A stretch of DNA of 64,000 nucleotides from Pyrinomonadaceae bacterium (GTDB lineage: Bacteria; Acidobacteriota; Blastocatellia; Pyrinomonadales; Pyrinomonadaceae), in assembly GCA_046313635.1 (NCBI GenBank), contig JBKBYA010000003.1, forward strand, positions 1 through 64,000, given 5' to 3'. A model generated the notes under the pieces. That model saw only the letters and a program-made list of their open reading frames with translations, made no database searches and was not told where the DNA came from. Positions within the stretch are counted from its first letter, which is position 1. Every line of letters begins with the position of its first letter. Shown here in pieces: positions 1 to 18,135 of the stretch. Made by a program: the position numbers and the translations under genes.

Positions 1-55
1 CCGCGAAGGCGGCCGCACCGTCGGTGCCGGCACGGTCACCGAGATCATTGACTAG
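1..55 (+). CDS. tuf: Elongation factor Tu, 3' end (truncated by window)
   Basis: Frame from base 2 reads REGGRTVGAGTVTEIID*, the EF-Tu C-terminal signature; upstream of rpmG-secE-nusG. Confidence 0.95.
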   Translation, partial: REGGRTVGAGTVTEIID

Positions 56-72
56 TTTCTGGGCCTCGAGTT

Positions 73-121
73 TCGGTTCGGCGGTTGTCGGTTGAAAGGC
101 TGACAACCGCCGATTGGCCGA
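73..121. repeat. Intergenic hairpin with ~7-nt periodic arms (tuf-rpmG)
   Basis: TCGGCGGTTGTC (78-89) is the perfect reverse complement of GACAACCGCCGA (102-113); inner GGTT/GGCT wobble pairs and GAAA loop; CGGTT units recur. Confidence 0.8.
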
Positions 122-148
122 GAACAACAAAAGGAATTAAAGAGTTTT

Positions 149-301
149 ATGCCGCGCGACAACATTATTTTGCAGTGCACCGAGTGCAAAGAGCGCAATT
201 ACGTGACGACCAAGAACAAAAAGACCACGCCCGCAAGGCTGGAATTCAAAAAGTTCTGCCGTCGCTGCCGCTGCCATACGGTGCATAGAGAGAACAAGTA
301 A
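149..301 (+). CDS. rpmG: 50S ribosomal protein L33 (Zn-binding CxxC/CxxC type); below the ORF-track cutoff
   Basis: Manual translation [50 protein letters not shown]. Confidence 0.97.
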   Translation: MPRDNIILQCTECKERNYVTTKNKKTTPARLEFKKFCRRCRCHTVHRENK

Positions 302-306
302 GGGAG

Positions 307-395
307 TTTTCGAATTGCGATTTTCGATTTGCGACTAGCTCGTGATCGAAGCGGTCATGCCGCAATCGAAAATCGGCAATCGAAAATTGGAAATT
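307..395. repeat. Inverted repeat of 7-nt tandem units (TTT[T/G]CGA)n ... (AAATCG[A/C]A-like)n
   Basis: Left TTTTCGA ATTGCGA TTTTCGA TTTGCGA (307-334); right CGCAATCGAAAATCGGCAATCGAAAATTGGAAATT (361-395). Confidence 0.85.
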
Positions 396-400
396 CACTC

Positions 401-476
401 AGGGGTATGGTGTTAACGGTTAGCATGGAGGTCTCCAAAACCTTAGGTCCGGGTTCGAATCCTGGTACCCCTGCCA
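401..476 (+). tRNA. tRNA-Trp (CCA)
   Basis: Acceptor stem AGGGGTA/TACCCCT, anticodon loop CTCCAAA, GGTTCGAATCC T-arm, encoded 3' CCA; canonical position before secE. Confidence 0.97.
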
Positions 477-501
477 GCATTTTTTAGAGGAGAAAACGCC
501 C

Positions 502-744
502 GTGGCGGAAGCAGTCGCGTTAGAAGAAAAAAAGCAGAAGCAAGGCATCGGCGAATTCGTGCGCGAGACGCGCGCCGAGTTGGACAAGACCACGTTCCCG
601 TCCTCCGATGACGTCAAAAAGACCACGATCATCGTGGTCGTCAGCGTGCTGTTCTTTGCTGCGTACCTTTTTGTTGTCGATCACGCATGGACGTATGCGA
701 TCGACGGCTTGACCTGGGTGATCAACAAGATCGCCGGCGTTTAG
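502..744 (+). CDS. secE: Preprotein translocase subunit SecE
   Basis: GTG start after [21 protein letters not shown] motif plus a single TM helix; between tRNA-Trp and nusG. Confidence 0.93.
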   Translation: MAEAVALEEKKQKQGIGEFVRETRAELDKTTFPSSDDVKKTTIIVVVSVLFFAAYLFVVDHAWTYAIDGLTWVINKIAGV

Positions 745-757
745 AGGATCTTTGGCA

Positions 758-1318
758 ATGAAGCAGTGGTATTTCATCCACACGTATTCCGGACACGAGA
801 ATAAGGTCGTTGAGAGCCTCCAGGCGCGCATTCGCGATATGGAGCTCGGCGAGCAGATCACCGACGTTCTCCTGCCTAAAGAAAAGGTCATCGAGAAGCG
901 CGGCAACAAGGAATACGTTTCTGAGCGGATGTTCTACCCGGGCTACGTGCTGGTCGAGATCGAGTGCGACGACAAGGGAAAGATACCCGATAACGTTTTT
1001 CACGTCATCAAGTCTACGCCGAAGGTCACGGGCTTTTTAGGCGGCAAGCAGCCGACGCCGCTCTCGCAGGGCGAGGTCGACCAGATCGTTCACAACATCG
1101 AGGTCGCGACCGAAAAGCCGAAGCCGAAATTCTCATACGAGAACGGCGAGGTCGTCCGCATCAAGTCCGGCCCGTTCGCCAGCTTTACCGGCAAGGTCGA
1201 AGAGGTGAACGAGGAGAAATCGACGCTCAAGGTCACGGTGACCATTTTTGGACGATCGACACCGGTCGAGCTCAATTTCCTCGACGTCGAAAAGGTCACG
1301 TTCGCCGAAGAAGATTAA
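758..1318 (+). CDS. nusG: Transcription termination/antitermination factor NusG (alternative TTG start at 752)
   Basis: [27 protein letters not shown] and C-terminal [11 protein letters not shown]...[10 protein letters not shown]. Confidence 0.98.
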   Translation: MKQWYFIHTYSGHENKVVESLQARIRDMELGEQITDVLLPKEKVIEKRGNKEYVSERMFYPGYVLVEIECDDKGKIPDNVFHVIKSTPKVTGFLGGKQPTPLSQGEVDQIVHNIEVATEKPKPKFSYENGEVVRIKSGPFASFTGKVEEVNEEKSTLKVTVTIFGRSTPVELNFLDVEKVTFAEED

Positions 1319-1370
1319 TAAATGAGGACATTCCCGAGCGAGACGTTCGGGATCGTAAATCGAAAGACAA

Positions 1371-1799
1371 ATGGCAAAGAAGATAACTGGTTACATCAAG
1401 CTGCAGATCCCGGCGGGCAAGGCCAATCCGGCGCCGCCGATCGGCCCCGCTCTCGGCCAGCACGGCGTCAACATCATGGAGTTCTGCAAGGCTTTCAACG
1501 CCAAGACGCAGAACGACGATCCGGATATGAAGATCCCGGTCGTGATCACGGTCTACGCCGACCGCTCGTTCACGTTCGAGACCAAGACGCCGCCGGCCGC
1601 CGACCTGCTCCGCAAGGCAGCGGGCATTCCGAAAGGTTCGGGCAAGCCGAACCGCGAGAAGGTCGGCTCGATCTCACGCGACAAGATCCGCGAGATCGCT
1701 GAAAAGAAGATGCCGGATCTCAATACGACAAACATTGAGGCCGCGGTACGCACCATTGAGGGCACTGCAAAGTCGATGGGACTGACCGTCGAAGGCTAA
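1371..1799 (+). CDS. rplK: 50S ribosomal protein L11
   Basis: [35 protein letters not shown]. Confidence 0.99.
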   Translation: MAKKITGYIKLQIPAGKANPAPPIGPALGQHGVNIMEFCKAFNAKTQNDDPDMKIPVVITVYADRSFTFETKTPPAADLLRKAAGIPKGSGKPNREKVGSISRDKIREIAEKKMPDLNTTNIEAAVRTIEGTAKSMGLTVEG

Positions 1800-1837
1800 A
1801 ACTAAGGGGCACGGGACGAAAAGGTCCCGTGTGACTC

Positions 1838-1875
1838 AATAGGGAGGGAATCGCAAGATTCCCGCTATCACCTGG
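1838..1875 (+). promoter_or_regulatory. Putative L1 autoregulatory RNA site upstream of rplA
   Basis: GGGAG-GGAATC-GCAA-GATTCC-CGCTATCACC directly before the rplA SD (GGAGG); resembles the GGGAG...CCGCUAU asymmetric-loop L1 target. Confidence 0.55.
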
Positions 1876-1882
1876 AGGTAAA

Positions 1883-2575
1883 ATGAAACGAGGAAAGAAG
1901 TATCTGGCGGCTCTCGAAAAGGTAGAGCCGAACAGGAAACACACGCTTGAAGAAGCGGTCTCCAAAGTGAAGGAGATCGCGTTCGCCAAATTTGACGAGA
2001 CGGTCGAATTGACGATGTGGCTCGGCGTCGATCCGCGAAAGGCCGATCAGCTCGTCCGAGGGACGATCGTCCTCCCGCACGGTCTCGGCGGCAAGGCAAA
2101 GACGGTCGTCGTCATCGCCCAGGGCGACAAGATCCGTGAGGCACAAGAGGCCGGAGCGGACATTGCCGGCGGCGACGACATCGTCGAAAAGATCAAAGGC
2201 GGCTGGCTCGAGTTTGACGCCCTGATCGCAACGCCCGATATGATGGGCAAGGTCGGCCAGCTCGGAAAGATCCTCGGTCCTCGAGGGTTGATGCCAAATC
2301 CCAAGACAGGAACGGTCACGATGGACGTCAAGACGGCCATCCAGGAGACCAAGGCCGGTAAGGTCGAATACCGCGTCGACAAGACTGGCGTCATTCACTC
2401 GCCGGTCGGCAAGGTGTCGTTCGACACGGAGAAGCTGGTCGAGAACACGCGAGTGCTCATCAACGCCGTCGTCAAGGCAAAGCCGACGACCGCCAAAGGA
2501 CGCTATGTCAAAAAGGTCAACCTGGCCGCTACGATGAGCCCGGGCGTTCTGCTCGACGAGCTCGCATTCAGTTAA
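1883..2575 (+). CDS. rplA: 50S ribosomal protein L1
   Basis: [37 protein letters not shown]. Confidence 0.99.
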   Translation: MKRGKKYLAALEKVEPNRKHTLEEAVSKVKEIAFAKFDETVELTMWLGVDPRKADQLVRGTIVLPHGLGGKAKTVVVIAQGDKIREAQEAGADIAGGDDIVEKIKGGWLEFDALIATPDMMGKVGQLGKILGPRGLMPNPKTGTVTMDVKTAIQETKAGKVEYRVDKTGVIHSPVGKVSFDTEKLVENTRVLINAVVKAKPTTAKGRYVKKVNLAATMSPGVLLDELAFS

Positions 2576-2598
2576 GTGAGGAGCGATAGGGAAAAAAG

Positions 2599-3312
2599 AT
2601 GAAAACAAGAGAGACAAAACAAAAAGATCTGGTCGCCCTCACCGAGTCGCTGCAGAAGGCAAAATCGGCGATGGTCGTCAGCTTTTCGGGGTTGACCGTA
2701 GCAAAGGACCAGGAGTTCCGCAATCGTCTGCGTGAGGCCGGTGCGAAGTACCAGGTGGTCAAGAACACCCTGGCCCGGATCGCGGTCAAAGAGACGCCGT
2801 TCGAGCAGGCGACCGAATCGTTTAAGGGCGTGACCGCGATCGCGTGGACCGAGAACGACCCGGTCGTTCTGTCCAAGGCGATCTCGAAGTTCATGAAGGA
2901 CAACGCCGACATTTACACCTTCAAGTCGGGTGTGGTGGACGGCAAACTCGTGGACCTCAAGCAGGTCGAGTCGATCGCCAGCCTGCCGTCGAAGGAAGAG
3001 CTTATTTCCAAGCTTCTGTACGTTCTCAACGCTCAGGCACAGCGCATCGTGACGGTCATCAACGCTGTCCCGCGTGACCTCGCCATAGTGATCAAGCAGA
3101 TCGGCGAAAAGGCTCCCGAGTCGCGTGGCGGAGACGCCGTTCAGGCATCGTCCGCGCCGGCCGAGCCGGAGACGACCGCCGAGCCGGCGTCGAGCGAGGA
3201 AGCTCCGGCCGCCGCGGCCGAGGAGACGCAGGAAGCCAAAGAGGCGGAGAATAACCCCGCCTCGCCCGAGGGCGAGCAGGCCGCGCAGGCCGACGCCGAG
3301 AACGCAGAATAG
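2599..3312 (+). CDS. rplJ: 50S ribosomal protein L10 with ~66-aa Ala/Glu-rich C-terminal extension
   Basis: VVKNTLARIA, LPSKEELISKLL; located between rplA and rplL. Confidence 0.97.
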   Translation: MKTRETKQKDLVALTESLQKAKSAMVVSFSGLTVAKDQEFRNRLREAGAKYQVVKNTLARIAVKETPFEQATESFKGVTAIAWTENDPVVLSKAISKFMKDNADIYTFKSGVVDGKLVDLKQVESIASLPSKEELISKLLYVLNAQAQRIVTVINAVPRDLAIVIKQIGEKAPESRGGDAVQASSAPAEPETTAEPASSEEAPAAAAEETQEAKEAENNPASPEGEQAAQADAENAE

Positions 3313-3486
3313 CTTTTGAGGCCCCGGGCCTCGATTTGAAATTGGATCGAGAGATCCTTTCCAGGCCGTGCTCAAGGAAAACGAGCCGGGCGATATGTCA
3401 GGTCGCCTGTGCTGCTCGGACGCGACGACGAGGGAGATGCACCCGCTTCGACGAGTCCCATGGGTTCTAGCGGCTGACAATGCAGA

Positions 3487-3554
3487 CGATCGTTGATCGT
3501 TGTCTGTCGTTCGTTGCTGCTTGGCAACGAACCACGAACAACGAACGACGACCG
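3487..3554. repeat. Inverted repeat of 7-nt tandem units (TCGTTGN)n ... (CAACGAA-like)n (rplJ-rplL spacer)
   Basis: 31-nt arms 3487-3517 and 3524-3554, 25/31 complementary by manual count. Confidence 0.85.
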
Positions 3555-3599
3555 CAAAAGTGAACTAAGAACCCTATTTAGGAGATAGAAAGAAAAGTC

Positions 3600-3989
3600 A
3601 TGGCAATTACGAAAGACGATGTTGTTGAGTATTTGAAGGGAATGACGCTGCTTGAGGCGTCGGAGCTCGTCAAGGAATTGGAAGAGGTCTTCGGCGTGTC
3701 GGCCGCTGCCGCGGCTGCACCGATGATGATGGCGGCACCGGCCGCCGGTGACGGTGCCGCGGCTGCGGAGGAGAAGGATTCGTTTGACGTTATCCTCCAG
3801 TCCGCGGGCGGCAACAAGATCGGCGTGATCAAGGTCGTCCGCGAGGTCGTCGCCGGTCTCGGCCTCAAGGAAGCAAAGGATCTCGTCGACGGCGCTCCGA
3901 AACCGCTCAAGGAAGGCGTTTCGAAGGCCGAGGCCGAGGAGATCAAGGCCAAGCTTACCGAAGCCGGTGCAACCGTAGAGGTCAAGTAG
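3600..3989 (+). CDS. rplL: 50S ribosomal protein L7/L12
   Basis: [33 protein letters not shown]. Confidence 0.99.
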   Translation: MAITKDDVVEYLKGMTLLEASELVKELEEVFGVSAAAAAAPMMMAAPAAGDGAAAAEEKDSFDVILQSAGGNKIGVIKVVREVVAGLGLKEAKDLVDGAPKPLKEGVSKAEAEEIKAKLTEAGATVEVK

Positions 3990-4007
3990 GCCTCAAACTA
4001 CGATCGA

Positions 4008-4040
4008 TCCCGACGGCAGACCAATTGTTTGCCGTCGGGA
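4008..4040 (+). terminator. Strong hairpin after rplL (terminator/attenuator-like, weak U-tract)
   Basis: TCCCGACGGCAGAC-CAATT-GTTTGCCGTCGGGA. Confidence 0.6.
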
Positions 4041-4372
4041 AACTTAATTGGTAGACTCAAGTTCGGCGCTTAATGTAATAGGATGGGCGCAGCTTGCCCT
4101 ATCGGGATGAGAAACTTTGCGGCTGCGTAGGTTTCTAATGGAATTAGTGCGATAAGCTGTCGCGTTTGCGGGAGAGTTGGTGTCTCTTTCGGGACTCTCG
4201 AACAATTTGACCAACGGTCGATAACTGCTCTTAAAAGCGGTCTGGGTAAAGTTTGCCCTCGACCGCATTTGCCGTCTCTGGCTGTCGACGGACGGGGTAA
4301 AACTTTCGGGCATCGTACCAACAAAACGCGGTTATTGCAACAGGTAATTTCGCCGCCTTCGATTCAAATTTT

Positions 4373-8827
<4,455 letters not shown>

Positions 8828-8828
8828 C

Positions 8829-8916
8829 GAGTTGCGAAGTTGCGAGAGTACCGGAGTTGCGAAGCTGTTTTTTTCGTCACTCTGGTACTTCGAAACTTAG
8901 GCAACTTCGGCAACTT
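8829..8916. repeat. Inverted repeat of 8-9-nt tandem units (AGTTGCG[A])n ... (GGCAACTT)n (rpoB-rpoC spacer)
   Basis: Left GAGTTGCGAAGTTGCGAGAGTACCGGAGTTGCGAAG; right CACTCTGGTACTTCGAAACTTAGGCAACTTCGGCAACTT. Confidence 0.8.
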
Positions 8917-8930
8917 ATTTGGAGAGAAGA

Positions 8931-13229
<4,299 letters not shown>

Positions 13230-13255
13230 TCGCCGTCAGCAAGCGTAGATCAGGG

Positions 13256-13283
13256 AGGCTGTCTGAAAAAGGCAGCCTTTTCC
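13256..13283 (+). terminator. Intrinsic terminator-like hairpin after rpoC
   Basis: AGGCTGTC-TGAAAAA-GGCAGCCT-TTT. Confidence 0.65.
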
Positions 13284-13429
13284 ATTTGGCCGGGCCTCAG
13301 GTGGGGTTATTGCGGCTGTGCCGCAGTGCTGTGCGGGAGGGCTTCGCCCTTCCGGTCGCGGTATTTCTTATTTCTTCGAGGCTGCACCTCCGTGCGGAGG
13401 TCGCGTGAGTCCACGGTCGAAAGGACGAC

Positions 13430-14971
13430 TCATTCGGTCGAGCGTCGTTGAAAACGCCGGTTGGTAAGATTGGCTATCGCGAGGATGAGCTCGACGGGCT
13501 CGACGGGCTTGGCGATGTGCATCTGGTAGCCCGCGCCGAGGGCGGCGACACGGTCGCGCCGGCGCGTGTGTGCCGTGAGTGCGATGGCCGGGATGCTTGA
13601 GATCTCGTCGTCAAGAGCCCGGATCGAGCGAATAAGGAAATGGCCGTCGGCCTCGGGCATCTCGATGTCGCTGATCAGCAGGTCGGGCCGGACCTGCCGG
13701 ACCTTTGCCAGGGCATCGCGGCCGTCCGAGCAAGCGGCGGCGACGTCGGCGCCGCTGCGTTCCAGTACGCTGACGAGCATCTCCCGCGCCCGGACGTCGT
13801 CGTCTGCTACAACGATCCGCAAGCCTGCAAGTTCGTCGGAGCCCCCGGCCGCGGCGACGCTCGCAGCCTCGGCGGAGTAATTCGTCGCCCCGCGAAGCAC
13901 CGGCAGACGGACCGTGAAAGTCGCTCCCTGTCCCGGCCCCGGGCTCTCGGCGCGGATCGTGCCGCCGTGGAGCTCGACGAGGTGACGTGTGATAGCCAAC
14001 CCGAGACCGAGGCCGCCGTGACTGCGTGTCGCGGCAGCCTCGGCCTGCCGAAAGCGGTCAAAGACAAACGGCAGAAAGTCGGCGCTGATGCCCTCGCCGG
14101 TATCGCTCAACGACAGCTCGACGCTCGAATCGACGCGGCTGACGCGCAGTTGTACGCGGCCGTGCTTCGGCGTGAACTTGATCGCGTTGGACAGCAGATT
14201 CCAGAGTACCTGCTGCAGCCGCGACACGTCGCCCGAGACCGGCGCGGCCGCGTCGCCGTCGACGATCGTCTCGATGTGAATGTCCTTGGCGACCGCCGCG
14301 GGCTCGACGATGTCGAGTGTCGTGCCGATGATCGATGTCAGATCGACCGGCTCGACATTTATCCGCAGCTTGCCCGAGATGATCCGCGAAAAATCCAGAA
14401 GGTCCTCGATCAATTTTTGCAGTGCCTCGGAGCTGCGGTCGATCGCCTCGTGAGCCTTGGACGCTCCTTCCGGGCCCAGGAAGCCGCGGGCCAGCATCCG
14501 ACTCCAGCCCCGGATCGCCGAGAGCGGCGTGCGCAGCTCGTGCGAGACCATGGCAAGAAACTCGTCCTTTGCACGCACGGCCTGCTCCGAGCGTCGCTTG
14601 GCCCTGAGTATCTCGTCCTCGTACTCGCTGCGCTGACGCATCTGGATAAAGACGCAGTCGTTGACGTGATCGCCGTCGTCCGCTGTACGGCGTGCAGCGT
14701 TGACCAGCGCCGGAATGGTCTCGCCGTCGCGGCACTTCAGCGAAAAGTAGACCTCGCTGACGCGGTCATGCAATTTCAGCAGCGGGAAGAAATGGGTCTG
14801 GTAAAAGATGCGGCTCGCCACTGGCAGGATGCGGTCGATGTGAGCGCCGACCAGCTCGCCCTCGGCGTCGTACCCCAGTATCTCGAGCAGCGTCGAGTTG
14901 ACGAGCAGGATATGCCCGCTGTCGTCAAAGCGGACAAAACCGCAGGGGGCGATGTCCTGTAGACCTTCCAT
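13430..14971 (-). CDS. Hybrid histidine kinase: RsbP-type PAS + HisKA + HATPase + REC
   Basis: Likely ATG at 14971 (MEGLQDIAPCGF); PAS with FYQTHFFPLLKLH; SHELRTPL, NLLSNAIKFT, GLGLGL, DLLISDIEMP, KP. Confidence 0.92.
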   Translation of the reverse strand: MEGLQDIAPCGFVRFDDSGHILLVNSTLLEILGYDAEGELVGAHIDRILPVASRIFYQTHFFPLLKLHDRVSEVYFSLKCRDGETIPALVNAARRTADDGDHVNDCVFIQMRQRSEYEDEILRAKRRSEQAVRAKDEFLAMVSHELRTPLSAIRGWSRMLARGFLGPEGASKAHEAIDRSSEALQKLIEDLLDFSRIISGKLRINVEPVDLTSIIGTTLDIVEPAAVAKDIHIETIVDGDAAAPVSGDVSRLQQVLWNLLSNAIKFTPKHGRVQLRVSRVDSSVELSLSDTGEGISADFLPFVFDRFRQAEAAATRSHGGLGLGLAITRHLVELHGGTIRAESPGPGQGATFTVRLPVLRGATNYSAEAASVAAAGGSDELAGLRIVVADDDVRAREMLVSVLERSGADVAAACSDGRDALAKVRQVRPDLLISDIEMPEADGHFLIRSIRALDDEISSIPAIALTAHTRRRDRVAALGAGYQMHIAKPVEPVELILAIANLTNRRFQRRSTE

Positions 14972-14985
14972 CTTTCGGTCGTAGG

Positions 14986-15813
14986 TCAAATAGAACGGCC
15001 GTGCGGGCCCGCTTCGGCCAGGTACTCCTTGATGGTCCGGATGGTCTCCTCCGGGTGGCTCATATGTGGGCAATGGCCTGTCGCCTTCATTATCCGCAGC
15101 GTGCTGTCCGCAAGATGGCGATGCATATAATGTCCGACCTCGAGCGGCGCCACGGCGTCCTCGGAGCACTGCATGATCAGCGACGGAACGCTCACCTTCG
15201 GCAGATCGTCACGATTGTCGGCATAAAAGGTCGCCTCGGCAAACTGTCGCGCGATGACCGGATCGGTCGAGCAAAAGCTCTCCTCCAGCTCACGTGCGAG
15301 TTCGGGCCTCTCCGGGTTTGCCATCACGGTCGGCGCGAGAAAGTTGGCCCAGCCGATATAGTTCTTATCCATCAGGTCGAGCAGTCCCTCGATGTCCGCA
15401 CGGTCAAATCCGCCGACGTAATCCGGCGGATGATCGATGTAGCTCGGCGACGGCCCGACGAGAATGAGCCGTTCAAAAAGGTCGGGCCGCTTGATCGAGG
15501 CCAGCATTCCGATGACCGAGCTGACCGAATGCCCGACAAATATCGCACCCTCGAGATCGAGGGCGTCGCAGACGTCCAGCACGTCGTCGGCATATCCGCC
15601 GAGCTCGGCATATCGCTTCGGATCGTAGGCCGAGAGGTCCGACCCGCCCGAACCGACGTAGTCAAATAGCACGATCCGATATTCGTCCTCGAACGCCGGC
15701 GTGATGAATCGCCACATGTTCTGGTCGCAGCCAAAACCGTGGGCAAAGACCATCGCCCGTCGGCCGCGGCCAAATTGTTTTACGTTGTTGCGAGTGAGTA
15801 TGTAGTCGCCCAA
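14986..15813 (-). CDS. rsbQ: RsbQ-family alpha/beta hydrolase (KAI2/D14-like clade)
   Basis: [29 protein letters not shown] nucleophile elbow, [11 protein letters not shown]. Confidence 0.9.
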   Translation of the reverse strand: MGDYILTRNNVKQFGRGRRAMVFAHGFGCDQNMWRFITPAFEDEYRIVLFDYVGSGGSDLSAYDPKRYAELGGYADDVLDVCDALDLEGAIFVGHSVSSVIGMLASIKRPDLFERLILVGPSPSYIDHPPDYVGGFDRADIEGLLDLMDKNYIGWANFLAPTVMANPERPELARELEESFCSTDPVIARQFAEATFYADNRDDLPKVSVPSLIMQCSEDAVAPLEVGHYMHRHLADSTLRIMKATGHCPHMSHPEETIRTIKEYLAEAGPHGRSI

Positions 15814-16034
15814 TGCCTTACCTTGTTCGCGCGAGATCTACCGGTCGATAAAGATAAAACGATGTGAGCCCCGGTCAAACCTGCTGATAATTCTATTAGA
15901 CCTTGGATAACAGTAAACGGCAACGCAAATCTGAGAATATCGCCGCGTTGCCGCCTCGAAATGGGCCAGAGGCTCGGCGCAAATATGGGCCCCCGAGACG
16001 GCGGCCCCACATTTTTACCGATCGCCAAACACCG

Positions 16035-18053
16035 CTACCAGATAAGGCACGCATCCTTACGGACCATATTCGAGCCCGGTTTGCAGCCAAAGGCCTTGGC
16101 GAATTCGGGCATATTCGAGAGCGGGCCGTTGACGCGGTAGCGGGCGGCCGAGTGCGGGTCGGTCTGCACCTGCTGACGCTCGAACTCCGGCGTCGCCTTG
16201 GCAGCCCAGACCTGGGCCCAGCCTAAGAAGAAACGCTGCTCCGGCGTAAAGCCGTCGATATCGGCCGGCCGCGGCTTGCCCTGCAGAGAGCGCTGGTAAG
16301 CGTCGTACGCGATGGTCAATCCGGCAAAGTCGCCGATATTCTCGCCGAGCGTCAGCCTGCCGTTGATGTTGAGGCCGGGCTGCACCTCGTAGCCGTTGAA
16401 CTGCTCGACGACGCACGCCGCGCGCTCCTCAAAATTCTTGCGGTCCTCGGGCGTCCACCACATTTTGAGATTGCCCTCTGCGTCAAAGCGGCTGCCCTGA
16501 TCGTCAAAGCCGTGCGTGATCTCGTGGCCGATCACGCCGCCGATCGCGCCGTAATTGATCGCGTCGTCGGCTTCGAAATTGAAGAACGGCGGCTGCAGTA
16601 TCCCGGCCGGGAACGTGATCGTATTGTCGACCGGAGAGTACGAAGCGTTGACCGTCGGCGGCGTGAATCCCCAACGCATCTTGTCGCGCGGCTTGCCGAG
16701 GTCAGCGAGGTTGCGGCGCACCTGGAATTGATTGGAGCGGAGAATATTCGCCGCGTACGACGAGCGGTCGATGGTCAGCCCGCGATAGCCGCGAAGCTGG
16801 TCCGGGTAGCCGATCTTGCGCTTAAAGGTCGAGAGCTTGAGCAGCGCCTGTTTTTTGGTCGCGTCGCTCATCCACGTGTTGGTCTCGACGCGCGATCTCA
16901 TCGCGGCGAGCAGGTTGTCGATCAGCTCCATCATTCGCGCCTTCGCGGCCGGCGTAAAGGCACGCTTGGCGTACTCCATGCCGAGCGCTTCGCCGAGATT
17001 GCTGTCGACGGCGTTAACGCACTGCTTCCAGCGCGGCTGCTGCTCCTTTTGGCCCTGCAGGTAGCGGCCGAAAAAGTCGAAGCGGCGATCGCGGAAAGGC
17101 TTAGAGAGAAACGCAGACGTCGAGTTTATCGTCATCCAGCGAAGGTACGTCTTCCAGTCCTGCACGGAGACGTCCTTGAACATCGCGTTGACCTCGGCAA
17201 AGAACTTCGGCGGCGCGACGTTGAGCGTCGAGATCGCGGGAGCGCCGCGGCCGGCGATGTAGTCCGACCAGGCGAAGTTCGGCGTCAGCTGCTGCGCGGC
17301 GTCGAGCGAGATCTTGTTGTAGTTGTTGTCCGGATTGCGGCGCTCGACCGGCGTGAGTGATGCATTGGCGAGCCGTGTTTGCAGGGCCATCACGACCTTA
17401 GCATTAGCCGCTGCCGCGGCAGGCTTATCGCCCGCGAGCTTGAACATATCGGTCATATACTCGACAAACTTCTCGCGCGTCTCGACGGACTTGGCGTCTG
17501 TATTCGTGTAATAGTCGCGATTGGGCAGGCTGAGTCCGCCCTGAACGGCACCGGCGAGCACGGCGTTCGAATCCTTGAGATCGGCACCGGCATTAAAGCC
17601 GAAGACCGCCGGGATGCCGGCGTTGTGGAGCTCGGCGATCACACGCTGCACGTCGGCGGCCGTCTTGATCTGCTCGATGCGTTTGAGGTACGGCTTGATC
17701 GGCCTTATTCCGGCCTTGTCGATCGCCGCCTCGTCCATACACGTCGCGTAAAAGTCGCCGATGAGCTGCGCGTCGCTGCCCGCGGGCGATTTGGCCTTGG
17801 CCGAGGTCTCGAGTACCTCGCGGAGCAGCTTGTTGTTGTTGTCGGCGAGGATGTTGAAGCTGCCCCAGCGGGCCTCGGACGGCGGTATCGCCGTATTCTT
17901 GACCCACGTGCCGTTGGCAAACTGGAAAAAGTTGTCGCATGCGTCGGCGCTGCGGTCCATGCGGCTCGGGTCAAACCCTTTGCTCTGCGCGAACGCTCCG
18001 GTCGTGATCGAAAATACGACCGCGAGCGCCGCAATGAATCGGAAAGATCTCAT
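16035..18053 (-). CDS. Secreted M13 (neprilysin/PepO-like) metallopeptidase
   Basis: Signal peptide; VNASY, FPAGILQPPFF, GHEITHGFDDQG, GENIGD, DPHS. Confidence 0.95.
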   Translation of the reverse strand: MRSFRFIAALAVVFSITTGAFAQSKGFDPSRMDRSADACDNFFQFANGTWVKNTAIPPSEARWGSFNILADNNNKLLREVLETSAKAKSPAGSDAQLIGDFYATCMDEAAIDKAGIRPIKPYLKRIEQIKTAADVQRVIAELHNAGIPAVFGFNAGADLKDSNAVLAGAVQGGLSLPNRDYYTNTDAKSVETREKFVEYMTDMFKLAGDKPAAAAANAKVVMALQTRLANASLTPVERRNPDNNYNKISLDAAQQLTPNFAWSDYIAGRGAPAISTLNVAPPKFFAEVNAMFKDVSVQDWKTYLRWMTINSTSAFLSKPFRDRRFDFFGRYLQGQKEQQPRWKQCVNAVDSNLGEALGMEYAKRAFTPAAKARMMELIDNLLAAMRSRVETNTWMSDATKKQALLKLSTFKRKIGYPDQLRGYRGLTIDRSSYAANILRSNQFQVRRNLADLGKPRDKMRWGFTPPTVNASYSPVDNTITFPAGILQPPFFNFEADDAINYGAIGGVIGHEITHGFDDQGSRFDAEGNLKMWWTPEDRKNFEERAACVVEQFNGYEVQPGLNINGRLTLGENIGDFAGLTIAYDAYQRSLQGKPRPADIDGFTPEQRFFLGWAQVWAAKATPEFERQQVQTDPHSAARYRVNGPLSNMPEFAKAFGCKPGSNMVRKDACLIW

Positions 18054-18135
18054 CGTTTTGTAAGTCTCCTGAAAAGGTTGGGTCGAGGTGATAATACGCG
18101 AATCAGCGGCGGTGGTTTAACCGCGACCGCGGTTT

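Noticed and set aside
85..288. 67-aa ORF in the track
   Set aside because: Out-of-frame overlap with the real rpmG (149-301).
401..476. tRNA as integration site of an island
   Set aside because: No integrase and no duplicated tRNA 3' end seen; secE follows directly.
14972..15169. N-terminal extension of the kinase ORF in the track
   Set aside because: Overlaps rsbQ in another frame; ATG at 14971 matches the start of the PAS domain.
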